The position numbers and the translations under genes were made by a program. Shown piece by piece: positions 1 through 9,065 of a stretch of DNA of 47,888 bases; positions within the stretch are counted from its first letter, which is position 1; each line of letters starts with the position of its first letter. The DNA is from Vulcanimicrobiales bacterium (GTDB taxonomy: Bacteria > Vulcanimicrobiota > Vulcanimicrobiia > Vulcanimicrobiales > Vulcanimicrobiaceae), in assembly GCA_038231455.1 (NCBI GenBank), contig JBBRLI010000021.1, forward strand, positions 1-47,888, written 5' to 3'. The notes beneath the pieces are model-generated. The model worked only from the letters and a program-made list of their open reading frames with translations. It was not told the DNA's origin and searched no databases.

Positions 1-110
1 ATCACGCCTTTACCAAGCACCCGGAACGTTTCGTTCGCGGTCAACCGGAGCCACCGGCGCTCGCAAACATCGCCTACATCAACCGACCCGAATCCACTCA
101 AGCCGCATAG
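1..110 (+). CDS. C-terminal fragment of an IS3-family-like transposase (5' end outside window)
   Basis: The frame starting at nt 3 reads HAFTKHPERFVRGQPEPPALANIAYINRPESTQAA* (TAG 108-110). I recognise the HPERFV.G.P.PP.L....IN.P tail from one group of IS3-annotated DDE transposases. Too short for the ORF track. Confidence 0.75.
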   Translation, partial: HAFTKHPERFVRGQPEPPALANIAYINRPESTQAA

Positions 111-141
111 CCGGTGGCCTCAAACCCATTGACACATTCCG
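1..141 (+). mobile_element. Right end of an IS3-family-like insertion sequence
   Basis: The transposase tail is followed by CCGGTGGCCTCAAACCCATTGACACATTCCG (111-141), resembling the ...CTCAAA....TTGACA..TTCCG termini of this IS group. The exact boundary cannot be confirmed without the other end. Confidence 0.65.
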
Positions 142-252
142 GGTGATCGCTCGAACGTGTTTCTGCCGCCGTTGTTGCCGATAACCCTGATATGGCCAGT
201 GTCTTTGCTATCTTGCGCTCGCTGCATCCAGTTAATTGTCTAATTCTCAGTG

Positions 253-768
253 CTAGGGGACGTCGATCTGGACCGGATCGTCCAATGGCTCGAGTTGTGA
301 GCCGGTATCGACGGCAAAGTGAATGACGTGGTGACCCATCGGAATCGTGGCGATCGGAACTCGCGCGATGTATCCGCAAGTAGCAAGCGCGGGATCTTTA
401 AACGCAGATGCGACGTCTGGACGCGATGCCCCGTAGGTAGCGGCAAACCAGGCCCCGTTGTCAATGCGATACACGACGGCTTTTGGTGTGCCTTTGCGCT
501 CGGTCAGCGCCCAACCGTCGATTAACATCGGGTCGCGGGTGACGGCGATCGAGCGCCCGTGGTCGCTATGCCCACGCGCGATGATCGTAACGGCGGAGCC
601 AATATGTAAACTGTCGATCGACCCTTTCGCCGTCGGCCCCGCCGCCGCCGGAACCGCAGTATTCTGGTCCGTTGCAGTTGGCTGTGGGAGCAGTCGCGGT
701 ACTAACGCGAACAGAATCCCAACAATCATAACGGCGATAACGATGAAGGTCGTCGTTCGTTTGTTCAC
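253..768 (-). CDS. Membrane-anchored hypothetical protein with one GW...RPDV...CGY domain
   Basis: Likely GTG start at 768 overlaps the upstream TGA (GTGA). N-terminal hydrophobic helix FIVIAVMIVGILFALV, a Pro/Ala/Thr linker, then IDGWAL...SRPDVASAF...TCGY. Confidence 0.75.
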   Translation of the reverse strand: MNKRTTTFIVIAVMIVGILFALVPRLLPQPTATDQNTAVPAAAGPTAKGSIDSLHIGSAVTIIARGHSDHGRSIAVTRDPMLIDGWALTERKGTPKAVVYRIDNGAWFAATYGASRPDVASAFKDPALATCGYIARVPIATIPMGHHVIHFAVDTGSQLEPLDDPVQIDVP

Positions 769-2777
769 GGTCGACGCACCGCGTGCTCGATCCAAACATC
801 GAACGTTGAATCGAAAGTCGATGGGACATCGGTCGTGACAACGACGGAGCGGACATGGGATAGAAGCGTTCCAGTAAACAAAGCGCGCGTCTCCTCAAAT
901 GTGCGTGGGCTAGGCTCGATGATCATACCAATCGCTGCCGCCTCCGGAACGATGCGAAACTTCGCATTCGTTCCATCGTCGTACTTCAACGTCATGAAAA
1001 GATCTCCAACGCGAAAGACTGCCTTGCGAAACCGACCGGTTGCCGAATAGCGTGTATGGATGGCGAGCCGCGCAAACTCGCTTGGCGTATCCGAACGGTG
1101 AGCGATCGGGATCTCCTCTTCGAAATGCGCGATACGGTTCTCCGGGTGGGCGAGCGGTTTGCATCGATCTGGACCGGGACCACGGAGAATGACCGCAGGC
1201 CCGCCTACTTCGGTAGACGCGACCGTTCCGTCGGAGCGATAGCGGCACGCTAGTGCCACCATCATCTGCGGCGAATCCGAGAACGGATAGCGACCGTCGA
1301 TTGCGTACAAGGAAAAAAGCACGAATCCCTGATCTCGGCTCACAATACTCGCGACATTGGCATCGTCAATTGGGCGATCGTACGCGGAATAGGCCTGTAA
1401 CCCGGGCACGGGCTTCCAATTCAAGCCGCTTGCGATTGCAACGGTGCTGTCGTAGGGTTCAATATCCACGGGTGCTCGCCCGAAACGTGCGATCGTTTTT
1501 TGCGGAAGGCGTTCGCCAGCCAAGGCCAGTGCGTTATTAGCGTCGATCAGGATGGATTCGGTGCGGAGCGTGGTGAGGAAGTGCAGTGAGTTGGCAATGC
1601 TCGCTGGCGCAATGCCACCCAGCACGCTTAGGCCGAGCGCCGATTGCGTCGTAGTAAAGAGTGCGATCGTGCTAGCGATGAAGGCAACAAAGGCCACTCG
1701 TCTTGAACCGGGCCGGCGGATCGCGGCATACGCGACCGCGCAAACGGCCGCTGCAGTAATTGCAAAGTAAAAGACGTGACCGTCTTGACGGACGAATCCA
1801 TGCTTAAAGCCGCCGAAAAGCGCAAAGCCAAGCGCCGCTGCCAGCGGAACGTTTCCTTCGAATGCAAGGGCGGTGACTGCGAGCGCGACGATTGCGAACT
1901 CACCGAGAGCGACCTGCAGCTGTACAGTTGGCCCCGGCTGGGACATGGCGCTTGAGTAGTCACTCGCTTCCGCAAGCGAGAGGCGGGCAAAGTCGGCGAT
2001 CGTCGGTGCGAGCAGAAGCGTCGCGATCGTACAGGCGGCGAGAGCAACAACAGCGAGGCTGAGACGCCGCCTATCGGAACCCCAACATGCTGCGAGGCTG
2101 AGGACGAGAACGATGAAGGCGATGCCGAACGTCGGTATGTTTGGAGAGTCCGATACAAGAACTGCGCTGGTAAATGCTGAGCCAAAAATAACCGCTGCCG
2201 CGACCCATCTAATGCGGTGAACGGCGGGCGCGAGAACAATAGACGCACCGTAAAAGAGCGCCGCCGCGCCTCCGCAATCGATAGCGAGGGTGAATTTCGT
2301 CATCGCGGCGATCCCAGCAAGAGCACCGAGGACGATCGCACTTGCGATTAGACGACGAGGTGTTCGCATTGAACGTGAACCGAGGGCGGCGAGAAACGCG
2401 AAAAGCAAGAGATAGTCGCCGCCGCTCGGACTTGCTGCAAGACAAATGAGGGTAAAGGCGAGAGCGACTCGTTGTACGTTGGACATAGGCGCCGAGATAG
2501 CGATATATGTGCTGATTGCGTACACCGCCCCGATAAACGCGGAGAATAATCCGATGTCGCCGATGACGGCTGCAGTGGGCACCCCGATCACAAGATATCC
2601 GAGGGGCCCGAATGTAAATGCAATGTCGCGGCCATATACGAGATGGTTCGTGTGTGCGACGCTTAGCGCGAGCGACCACGCCGCATCGAGTCCAGGCCGC
2701 GCGAGCTGAGGCGTTCGAACTGCTAAGACCGCTATCAAAAGCGAGACGAACGTGAACAGAATCCGGCGTGCAGTCAC
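765..2777 (-). CDS. Polytopic membrane protein, probable GT-C-fold glycosyltransferase
   Basis: 670 aa with many hydrophobic segments in the first ~390 aa and a soluble C-terminal region. Motifs GLDAAW...YGRDIAFTFGPLGY in the first loop and FKHGFVRQDGH. Located in a glycan cluster; the function is inferred. Confidence 0.6.
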   Translation of the reverse strand: MTARRILFTFVSLLIAVLAVRTPQLARPGLDAAWSLALSVAHTNHLVYGRDIAFTFGPLGYLVIGVPTAAVIGDIGLFSAFIGAVYAISTYIAISAPMSNVQRVALAFTLICLAASPSGGDYLLLFAFLAALGSRSMRTPRRLIASAIVLGALAGIAAMTKFTLAIDCGGAAALFYGASIVLAPAVHRIRWVAAAVIFGSAFTSAVLVSDSPNIPTFGIAFIVLVLSLAACWGSDRRRLSLAVVALAACTIATLLLAPTIADFARLSLAEASDYSSAMSQPGPTVQLQVALGEFAIVALAVTALAFEGNVPLAAALGFALFGGFKHGFVRQDGHVFYFAITAAAVCAVAYAAIRRPGSRRVAFVAFIASTIALFTTTQSALGLSVLGGIAPASIANSLHFLTTLRTESILIDANNALALAGERLPQKTIARFGRAPVDIEPYDSTVAIASGLNWKPVPGLQAYSAYDRPIDDANVASIVSRDQGFVLFSLYAIDGRYPFSDSPQMMVALACRYRSDGTVASTEVGGPAVILRGPGPDRCKPLAHPENRIAHFEEEIPIAHRSDTPSEFARLAIHTRYSATGRFRKAVFRVGDLFMTLKYDDGTNAKFRIVPEAAAIGMIIEPSPRTFEETRALFTGTLLSHVRSVVVTTDVPSTFDSTFDVWIEHAVRRP

Positions 2778-4018
2778 CGTCGACGCGACCGCGAAGCGAT
2801 CACGTCGAATTGAACCTTCTGTGCGGCCGCGCGGTAGGCTCGCCGATCGGGCGTTGTTGCCACAACGCGTGCTTCGTACCGACCGCGTTTGAGTTCGCGT
2901 CCGGTCAGTTCCAACGCGAACTGCGGAACGCCGTCGATGAGCACGGGATAGCTCAGCGAAAAATAGCGCATCTTCGGTTCGCCGTCTCCCTCGACGGAAG
3001 CGTCGCGAATCTCGAGATAGGCGGCGGCAAAATCCCGCGTCTCGATCGTGCCGGCAAACCGAACGATCGTCCCAGACTCAATTTCGCGGTCGTAGCGCGC
3101 GATCGTGGCCCGCAGTGGCTCGCGGAGCATGCGGGATTCGGTAGGAAATTCTTCGGCCTCCGGGAGGACGGTGATGTCCCGGGACTCGGAAAAGCCGATC
3201 CAACCAAGAGCCGTCTCACACTCGATCGAGAGTCGATAGACGCCCGGCGGCGTCGATGAGAGCCGGATCGGCACGACGAAGCCCGAGGAGGCAGCTTCAG
3301 AGCGGCCGAGCATGGCCGCGACGTCGGCGCGGGGATACCCGATCCACCCGGAGACGACCAGTTCGCCCAAGCGAGCGCGAATGGAACGGATCGAATCCTC
3401 CGGATGAAACATCCACCCCCGAACGACGAGTGCCGTTCCAACCGCAACCGGAAATGGTCCACTCAGCTGAGCCGAACGGTGCTTCCCAAAATCGTCCAGC
3501 GCGTCGATCCCTCCGCGCAATTCGACGCGGCCTTTCTCGCGCTGTTCGTGGGAAAGGGCCGGGGCCAGGCTCGCTTCGGCCGCTAAATATACGACGGCGG
3601 AGGCGAATACGTACCAAATATCGTCGCCTTTAAGCCGCATCGAGGCGCGTAAACCGTACTGGCCCGGAGTCAATCCCGTCGTCGGAACGCCGGCTCGAAA
3701 GCCGCACTCCGAGAGCGTCGGGGAGTCGAAGGCGTTCGCGATGTCGGGACGGTCCTCATCGAATCCCGCGGTCGTCCGATTGGGGCCAATCTCAAACGCC
3801 AGTTCCTCGCCCAACTGTCGTTGTCCGACATCCAACGCCCAGCCACGCACGCGAAAGGGGGCGCCGATCGCGGCGACCTGCGGGGCGACGTGCCGCACCA
3901 GCCCAGGCATCCCATCGACGAAGTCAATCTCATCGACCGACCCGCGGAGCTCGACCGCCTTCTCGCTTAATTCCAAGCGAGATTCCGGAATATCGAGGAA
4001 CCGGGGTTGGAACGCCAT
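2774..4018 (-). CDS. Hypothetical soluble protein with two GW...RxD(V/I)...(C/S)GF domains
   Basis: 414 aa, no signal peptide. Contains VRGWAL...RPDIANAF...ECGF and VRGWMF...RADVAAML...SSGF. Its stop overlaps the next start (GTGA). Confidence 0.8.
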   Translation of the reverse strand: MAFQPRFLDIPESRLELSEKAVELRGSVDEIDFVDGMPGLVRHVAPQVAAIGAPFRVRGWALDVGQRQLGEELAFEIGPNRTTAGFDEDRPDIANAFDSPTLSECGFRAGVPTTGLTPGQYGLRASMRLKGDDIWYVFASAVVYLAAEASLAPALSHEQREKGRVELRGGIDALDDFGKHRSAQLSGPFPVAVGTALVVRGWMFHPEDSIRSIRARLGELVVSGWIGYPRADVAAMLGRSEAASSGFVVPIRLSSTPPGVYRLSIECETALGWIGFSESRDITVLPEAEEFPTESRMLREPLRATIARYDREIESGTIVRFAGTIETRDFAAAYLEIRDASVEGDGEPKMRYFSLSYPVLIDGVPQFALELTGRELKRGRYEARVVATTPDRRAYRAAAQKVQFDVIASRSRRR

Positions 4019-4272
4019 AAAATAGGAGAAATGGTAGCCGAGCGCAACACGGTCAATGTTCTTTGGCGCCGCTTCGCAAAATCATGTCGTCTCGGCGTCG
4101 TAGCGGGACGCACGAGCTACGGAGGCTCCGCCCTGGATGCCTCGTAATTTACCCGGATGCCCTATCCATCGACTCGTGGCGGGACGGAATTGCTCCGTCG
4201 CCCGTTCCACCGTCGTGAGGAACCGCTAAACTTGAAGTTTTCCTTAAGCCCGCGCAGCCCGTTTCATCGCGG

Positions 4273-5091
4273 GTGCACCCGCACGTGAGATCGACCGCCC
4301 TGGGCCCAACGCTCTCGATTGTGATCCCGGCCCACAATGAAGAAGGCTCGATCGAGCCAACGATCGTCGACCTCGCCGAGATCCTCGGGGCCGAACGAGT
4401 GCCGTTTGAAATCGTCGTGGTTGACGATCACAGCACCGATGGAACCAGGGCGGCAATCGCGTCGCTTGCGACGCGTTATCCGAGCGTCCGGTGTGTGCCG
4501 AATCGACGCCGTAACGGATTTGGGAACGCCATCCATACCGGGCTCGAAAACTTTTCGGGCGACGCCGTTTGCATCGTCATGGCCGACGCTTCGGACGACC
4601 CAAAAGACGTGGTTGCCTTTTATCGTAAGATGAACGAAGGCTACGATTGCGTCTTTGGCACGCGCTTCGCTCGCTCGAGTATCGTGGTGAATTATCCGCC
4701 TTTCAAATTGTGGATCAACCGCGCGGCGAATCTGTTCATCGCGATGCTCTTCGGCATCCCGTACACAGACACAACGAATGCGTTCAAACTTTTCCGCCGC
4801 GAAGTAATCGCCGGTGTCAGCCCGATTCTCTCGCACCATTTCAACATCACTGTGGAACTGCCGCTCAAAGCGATCGTGCGCGGCTATTCGTACGCCGTAC
4901 TTCCCAACCACTGGTACAACCGCAAGAGTGGCGTGTCGAAATTTAAGGTCAAAGAGATGGGCAGCCGTTATCTCTTCATCGTGCTTTACGTCTTCATCGA
5001 GAAGCTCTTTTCGCGCGGCGACTACAAAACCGCAGCGAAAGCCGACGTCTCAGAGAGGCCGGCCGACGCGACCTCAGCGGTTCGGCCGTGA
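4273..5091 (+). CDS. Glycosyltransferase family 2, polyprenol-phosphate/DPM-synthase-like
   Basis: LSIVIPAHNEE, VVVDDHSTDGT, NGFGNAI, MADASDDP, VFGTRF, TDTTNAFKLFRR, RKSGVSK. Start is GTG 4273 or 4285. Confidence 0.9.
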   Translation: MHPHVRSTALGPTLSIVIPAHNEEGSIEPTIVDLAEILGAERVPFEIVVVDDHSTDGTRAAIASLATRYPSVRCVPNRRRNGFGNAIHTGLENFSGDAVCIVMADASDDPKDVVAFYRKMNEGYDCVFGTRFARSSIVVNYPPFKLWINRAANLFIAMLFGIPYTDTTNAFKLFRREVIAGVSPILSHHFNITVELPLKAIVRGYSYAVLPNHWYNRKSGVSKFKVKEMGSRYLFIVLYVFIEKLFSRGDYKTAAKADVSERPADATSAVRP

Positions 5092-5918
5092 ATTTGACCG
5101 CTCGCCGCGCGATCGATTTCCCGCGGTTTATCGCCGACCTCCGACTACCGCGGTACATCGACCTTGTGACGATCGTTGCGAGCCGTACGCTCAAAACGCG
5201 CTACCGCGGATCGGTCCTCGGCGTTTATTGGTCGCTCTCATTGCCGCTCATCATGACGGCCGTCTATTCGCTGATTTTCGGGACCGCGTTTTCTGCGAAT
5301 CCCTATTACCATGGCTCGATCACCAACTACATCCTCGCCTGTTTTACGGGCCTCGTCGTTATCAATTTCTTTTCGGCGACGACGACACAGGCGCTGACGA
5401 GTATCGTCGGCTCGGGATCGCTGCTGAACAAGATCCGCATTCCCGTCAGCGTCTTTCCGATCAGCATCGTCTGCGCGAATATCTTCCAGCTGCTCGTTGG
5501 CGCGCTGCCGGTACTCATCATCGTTACACTCGTCACCTCGCACTCGCCAATCAACGCGATCGCGCTCTTGATCCCGCTGTTCTCCTTGATCATGGTGTCG
5601 ACCGGATTTTCGCTCTTGGCATCCGGCCTGTTCGTCTACTTTCGTGACGTCCCGCACCTCTACGAAGTCGTCGTGTTTATCCTGTGGATTACGAGCCCAA
5701 TTTTCTATCCGCCGGACGTCGTGCCCAGCGTAATCCGACCGTATATCGAACTCAATCCGATCGTCGCCGTAATGAATAGCGTTCGCCAAATTTCGCTCAG
5801 CGGAGCGTTCCCGAATTTGCACATGATGTTGCTCGCCGTTGTATCGGGAATTATCGTGCTCGTCGTCGGAGCTCTGTTCTTCCTGACGATCAAAGCCGAT
5901 TTCATGGATCTGGTTTAG
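5088..5918 (+). CDS. wzm: Polysaccharide ABC-2 exporter permease
   Basis: LKTRYRGSVLGVYWSL, YFRDVPHL, TSPIFYP, LNP; about six TM helices; adjacent to the ATPase. Confidence 0.92.
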   Translation: MNLTARRAIDFPRFIADLRLPRYIDLVTIVASRTLKTRYRGSVLGVYWSLSLPLIMTAVYSLIFGTAFSANPYYHGSITNYILACFTGLVVINFFSATTTQALTSIVGSGSLLNKIRIPVSVFPISIVCANIFQLLVGALPVLIIVTLVTSHSPINAIALLIPLFSLIMVSTGFSLLASGLFVYFRDVPHLYEVVVFILWITSPIFYPPDVVPSVIRPYIELNPIVAVMNSVRQISLSGAFPNLHMMLLAVVSGIIVLVVGALFFLTIKADFMDLV

Positions 5919-5921
5919 TCC

Positions 5922-6902
5922 ATGCCGGTTATCGATGTCGAAAACGTCACCTTGCGTCGGCGCACGCAAGAGGAGCTTTCGTACGATCTTAAACGCGTCG
6001 TCTTTGCGATCGTCGAGAATAAGTATCGCGCGCCGACGAAACGCCGGGTATTGCACAACGTCAATCTCAAGGTCGAGCGCGGCGAAAAAATCGGCATCAT
6101 CGGGTCGAACGGCTCCGGCAAATCGACCTTGCTCAAGCTCATTTGCGGCATCTTGCAGCCGACGTCGGGTCGGATCGTGGTCGACGGCCGCATCGCTCCG
6201 CTCATCGAGCTCGGTGCGGGTTTCGATCTCGATCTGTCGCTAATCGACAATATCGTCTATTATGGCGTGCTGCTCGGCTTCACGCGCTCGGAAATGAAGT
6301 CGCGCATCGATTCGGTGCTGGAGTTCGCCGAACTCTACGATCATCGAAACGAACCGTTCAAATCGTTGTCCTCGGGAATGATGGCGCGGCTCGGTTTTGC
6401 AATTGCGACCGACATCCGTCCGGAGATCCTGATCTTGGACGAAGTGCTTTCGGTTGGCGACGAGAGCTTCCGCCGCAAATGCACCGAGCGAATTCAACGT
6501 TTTTGGGATGCCCATTCCACGATCATCGTCGTCTCACACGACCTTGCGTTTATTCGCAACTCGTGCGATCGGGCGATTTGGATCGAAAAAGGTGAGATCG
6601 TTTTCGATGGTCCTGCAGCGGAGGGGGCCGCAAAGTACCTTGCCTCACTCGGAAAAGAAAATCGGGCACGCGAGCGCGATGCCTTGATCGAGCGGGCGCG
6701 AACCCATCCGCGCGGCGAACTCGTCGTGCGCGGCCTTACCGACGATCCCGAAGGCCACAAGATGTACCTCATTCGCGACGGCCGGAAATTTTGGATTTTG
6801 GACACCGAGCCATACGTTCGAGCTGGGTATACATGGTCCGATGTCGTTCACATTGATGAGGCGATTATCGGCGCCATTCCCGAGGGCGAGCTGGTCGGTT
6901 AA
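5922..6902 (+). CDS. wzt: Polysaccharide ABC exporter ATP-binding protein with atypical C-terminal domain
   Basis: Walker A GSNGSGKST, LIELGAGF, signature LSSGMMARLGFA, ILILDEVLSVGD, VVSH; followed by a ~85-aa extension. Confidence 0.92.
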   Translation: MPVIDVENVTLRRRTQEELSYDLKRVVFAIVENKYRAPTKRRVLHNVNLKVERGEKIGIIGSNGSGKSTLLKLICGILQPTSGRIVVDGRIAPLIELGAGFDLDLSLIDNIVYYGVLLGFTRSEMKSRIDSVLEFAELYDHRNEPFKSLSSGMMARLGFAIATDIRPEILILDEVLSVGDESFRRKCTERIQRFWDAHSTIIVVSHDLAFIRNSCDRAIWIEKGEIVFDGPAAEGAAKYLASLGKENRARERDALIERARTHPRGELVVRGLTDDPEGHKMYLIRDGRKFWILDTEPYVRAGYTWSDVVHIDEAIIGAIPEGELVG

Positions 6903-6920
6903 GGCGAACGTGAGAACATA

Positions 6921-9065
6921 ATGGATGTAAAGACGACCGATTCCTCGCTCGGCCGCCCGGAGCAGGCTCACGGCGCGAAAAACGAAGGACGCTACGAGCG
7001 GCTTTCAGGCGAACTCGCGCGACAGATCGAGGTCTTAGAGGGCGATCTGAATGCCGTGCGCAGCGAACGCGATCTGCTCGGCGAGGCCTTGCAGAAGTCG
7101 CATCTGACGAACATCCGTACCGAAGTTGGTTTGTGGAAATCCGATCTCAGCCGCAAGCAGTTGCTCGATCGGCTCGTGCAAGCCGAAGCGCATATTATGC
7201 GCATGCAACCACTTTTGCGTATCATGCGCGACCGCATCGGTCATATGGAGCTCAGCAAATTCTGGCGGATACGCAACCAGTTCTTCAATTTTAAGAAGCG
7301 CGTCGGGGTCGATGCGGTCGGAGCGATGCCGGAATTTGCCGTTCCGGTCGATATCGCCGAGTACGCGCGCACGGAAGACCCGTATTTTCTGTGGGTTCAA
7401 GAAAACGAACTCCGCAAGAGTGATATCGAGCGCGCTCGTGACGCGGCGCTCGCGCTATCGTATCGCCCGCTGATCAGCGTGATCATGCCGACATACAACC
7501 CACCCGAACTCTATCTGCGCGAAGCGATCGATTCGGTGCTCACGCAAGTGTACGAGAACTGGGAACTGTGCATCGCCGATGACGCTTCGACCGCTCCCCA
7601 CGTCCGCGCAATATTAGAAGAATATCGCGATCTCGATGATCGCATCAAAGTCGTTTTTCGCCCCGAAAACGGGCATATCGCGCATGCTTCGAACTCGGCC
7701 CTTGCGCTTGCAAGCGGTGAGTTCATCGCGCTCTTCGATCACGACGATTTGCTGACGCCGGACGCGCTCTACGAAAACGCTCGTCTGCTCAACCAGCATC
7801 GCGATGCAGATATGATCTATTCCGATGAGGATAAGGTCGATGAATTCGGGCGCCGTTCAGATCCGTATTTCAAACCAGATTGGGCGCCGGATTCGTTTCT
7901 CTCTCGCAATTATGTCTCGCATTTGGGTGTGTACCGCCGGTCGCTCGTCTCGGAGGTCGGCGGTTTCCGACCGGGATTCGAAGGCAGTCAAGATTACGAT
8001 TTGGTCTTGCGCATCGTCGAACGCACGCACCGTATCCATCATATTCCCCGCGTGCTCTACCACTGGCGGATTCACGCTCTGTCGGTCGCAAGCGGTGTCG
8101 GGGTGAAGAACTATGCCTACGATTCGGCGATGAACGCGATCGCCGAGGCGATGCATCGACGCGGCGAACCGGGTCGGGTGGAGATGCTCAAGGACGATCC
8201 GGGCAATTACATCGCGCGCTACGATCTCAAGCAAGACTGGAAAGTCTCGATCATCATTCCGACCCGCGATCACGCCGATGACCTCGAGCGTTGTCTCGCT
8301 TCGATCTTTGCGAAATCGACGTACCGCAACATAGAAGTTGTGGTCCTCGATAACGGCAGCGTCGAGCACGCAACGGCCGTCTGCTTTGCGAAGTGGCAAG
8401 CACTCGAACCCAACCGCTGCAAAGTCGTTCCGCACAACGTGCCGTTCAACTATTCCGAGATCAACAATTATGCCGTTCGTCAGTCGACCGGCGACATCGT
8501 GTTGCTCTTGAACAACGACACCGAGATCATCGCACCGCAGTGGATCGAGGCGATGCTCGAGCAAGCCCAGCGTCCATCGATCGGTTGCGTAGGCGCGAAA
8601 CTGCTCTACGAAGACGGGACGATCCAACATGCCGGCGTCGTCATGCGCATCGGCGGCGTCGCCGGTCACAGTCACCGTTTTTACGATCGCGATGCCCCCG
8701 GTTACTATCACATCATCAAGACGGTGAATAACTACACCGCGGTTACGGCGGCTTGTCTGATGATCCGACGCGAGGTCTGGGATCAGGTCGGCGGTCTCGA
8801 CGAGGAACTAGCCGTTGCATTCAACGATGTCGACTTCTGCCTGCGCGTTCGCAAGGCGGGGTACTTCAACGTGTATGTCCCGCACGCCGAACTCTATCAC
8901 TACGAATCAAAGAGCCGGGGGTTCGATGATACGCCAGTGAAGATCGCCCGCGGATTAAAAGAGCAAGCGTTCATGCAGAAACGCTGGAACGTCTCTTCCG
9001 TCGACGACCCGTTCTACAGTCCGCATCTCACGCTAACGAGCGAAGACTACGCGATTCGCGTATGA
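6921..9065 (+). CDS. Double-domain GT2 glycosyltransferase with N-terminal coiled coil
   Basis: N-terminal heptad region ending MELSKFWRIRN. GT2 domain 1: ISVIMPTYN, IADDAS, FDHDD, YSDEDK, GSQDYD. GT2 domain 2: VSIIIPTRD, LLNNDTE, IQHAGV, AVTAAC, FNDVDFCL, HYESKSRG. Confidence 0.92.
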   Translation: MDVKTTDSSLGRPEQAHGAKNEGRYERLSGELARQIEVLEGDLNAVRSERDLLGEALQKSHLTNIRTEVGLWKSDLSRKQLLDRLVQAEAHIMRMQPLLRIMRDRIGHMELSKFWRIRNQFFNFKKRVGVDAVGAMPEFAVPVDIAEYARTEDPYFLWVQENELRKSDIERARDAALALSYRPLISVIMPTYNPPELYLREAIDSVLTQVYENWELCIADDASTAPHVRAILEEYRDLDDRIKVVFRPENGHIAHASNSALALASGEFIALFDHDDLLTPDALYENARLLNQHRDADMIYSDEDKVDEFGRRSDPYFKPDWAPDSFLSRNYVSHLGVYRRSLVSEVGGFRPGFEGSQDYDLVLRIVERTHRIHHIPRVLYHWRIHALSVASGVGVKNYAYDSAMNAIAEAMHRRGEPGRVEMLKDDPGNYIARYDLKQDWKVSIIIPTRDHADDLERCLASIFAKSTYRNIEVVVLDNGSVEHATAVCFAKWQALEPNRCKVVPHNVPFNYSEINNYAVRQSTGDIVLLLNNDTEIIAPQWIEAMLEQAQRPSIGCVGAKLLYEDGTIQHAGVVMRIGGVAGHSHRFYDRDAPGYYHIIKTVNNYTAVTAACLMIRREVWDQVGGLDEELAVAFNDVDFCLRVRKAGYFNVYVPHAELYHYESKSRGFDDTPVKIARGLKEQAFMQKRWNVSSVDDPFYSPHLTLTSEDYAIRV

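Noticed and set aside
98-379. 93-aa minus-strand ORF at the left edge
   Set aside because: It overlaps both the 253..768 gene and the IS end and has no recognisable features.
4094-4108. GGCGTCGTAGCGGG as an ops/JUMPstart element
   Set aside because: It does not match the GGCGGTAG core.
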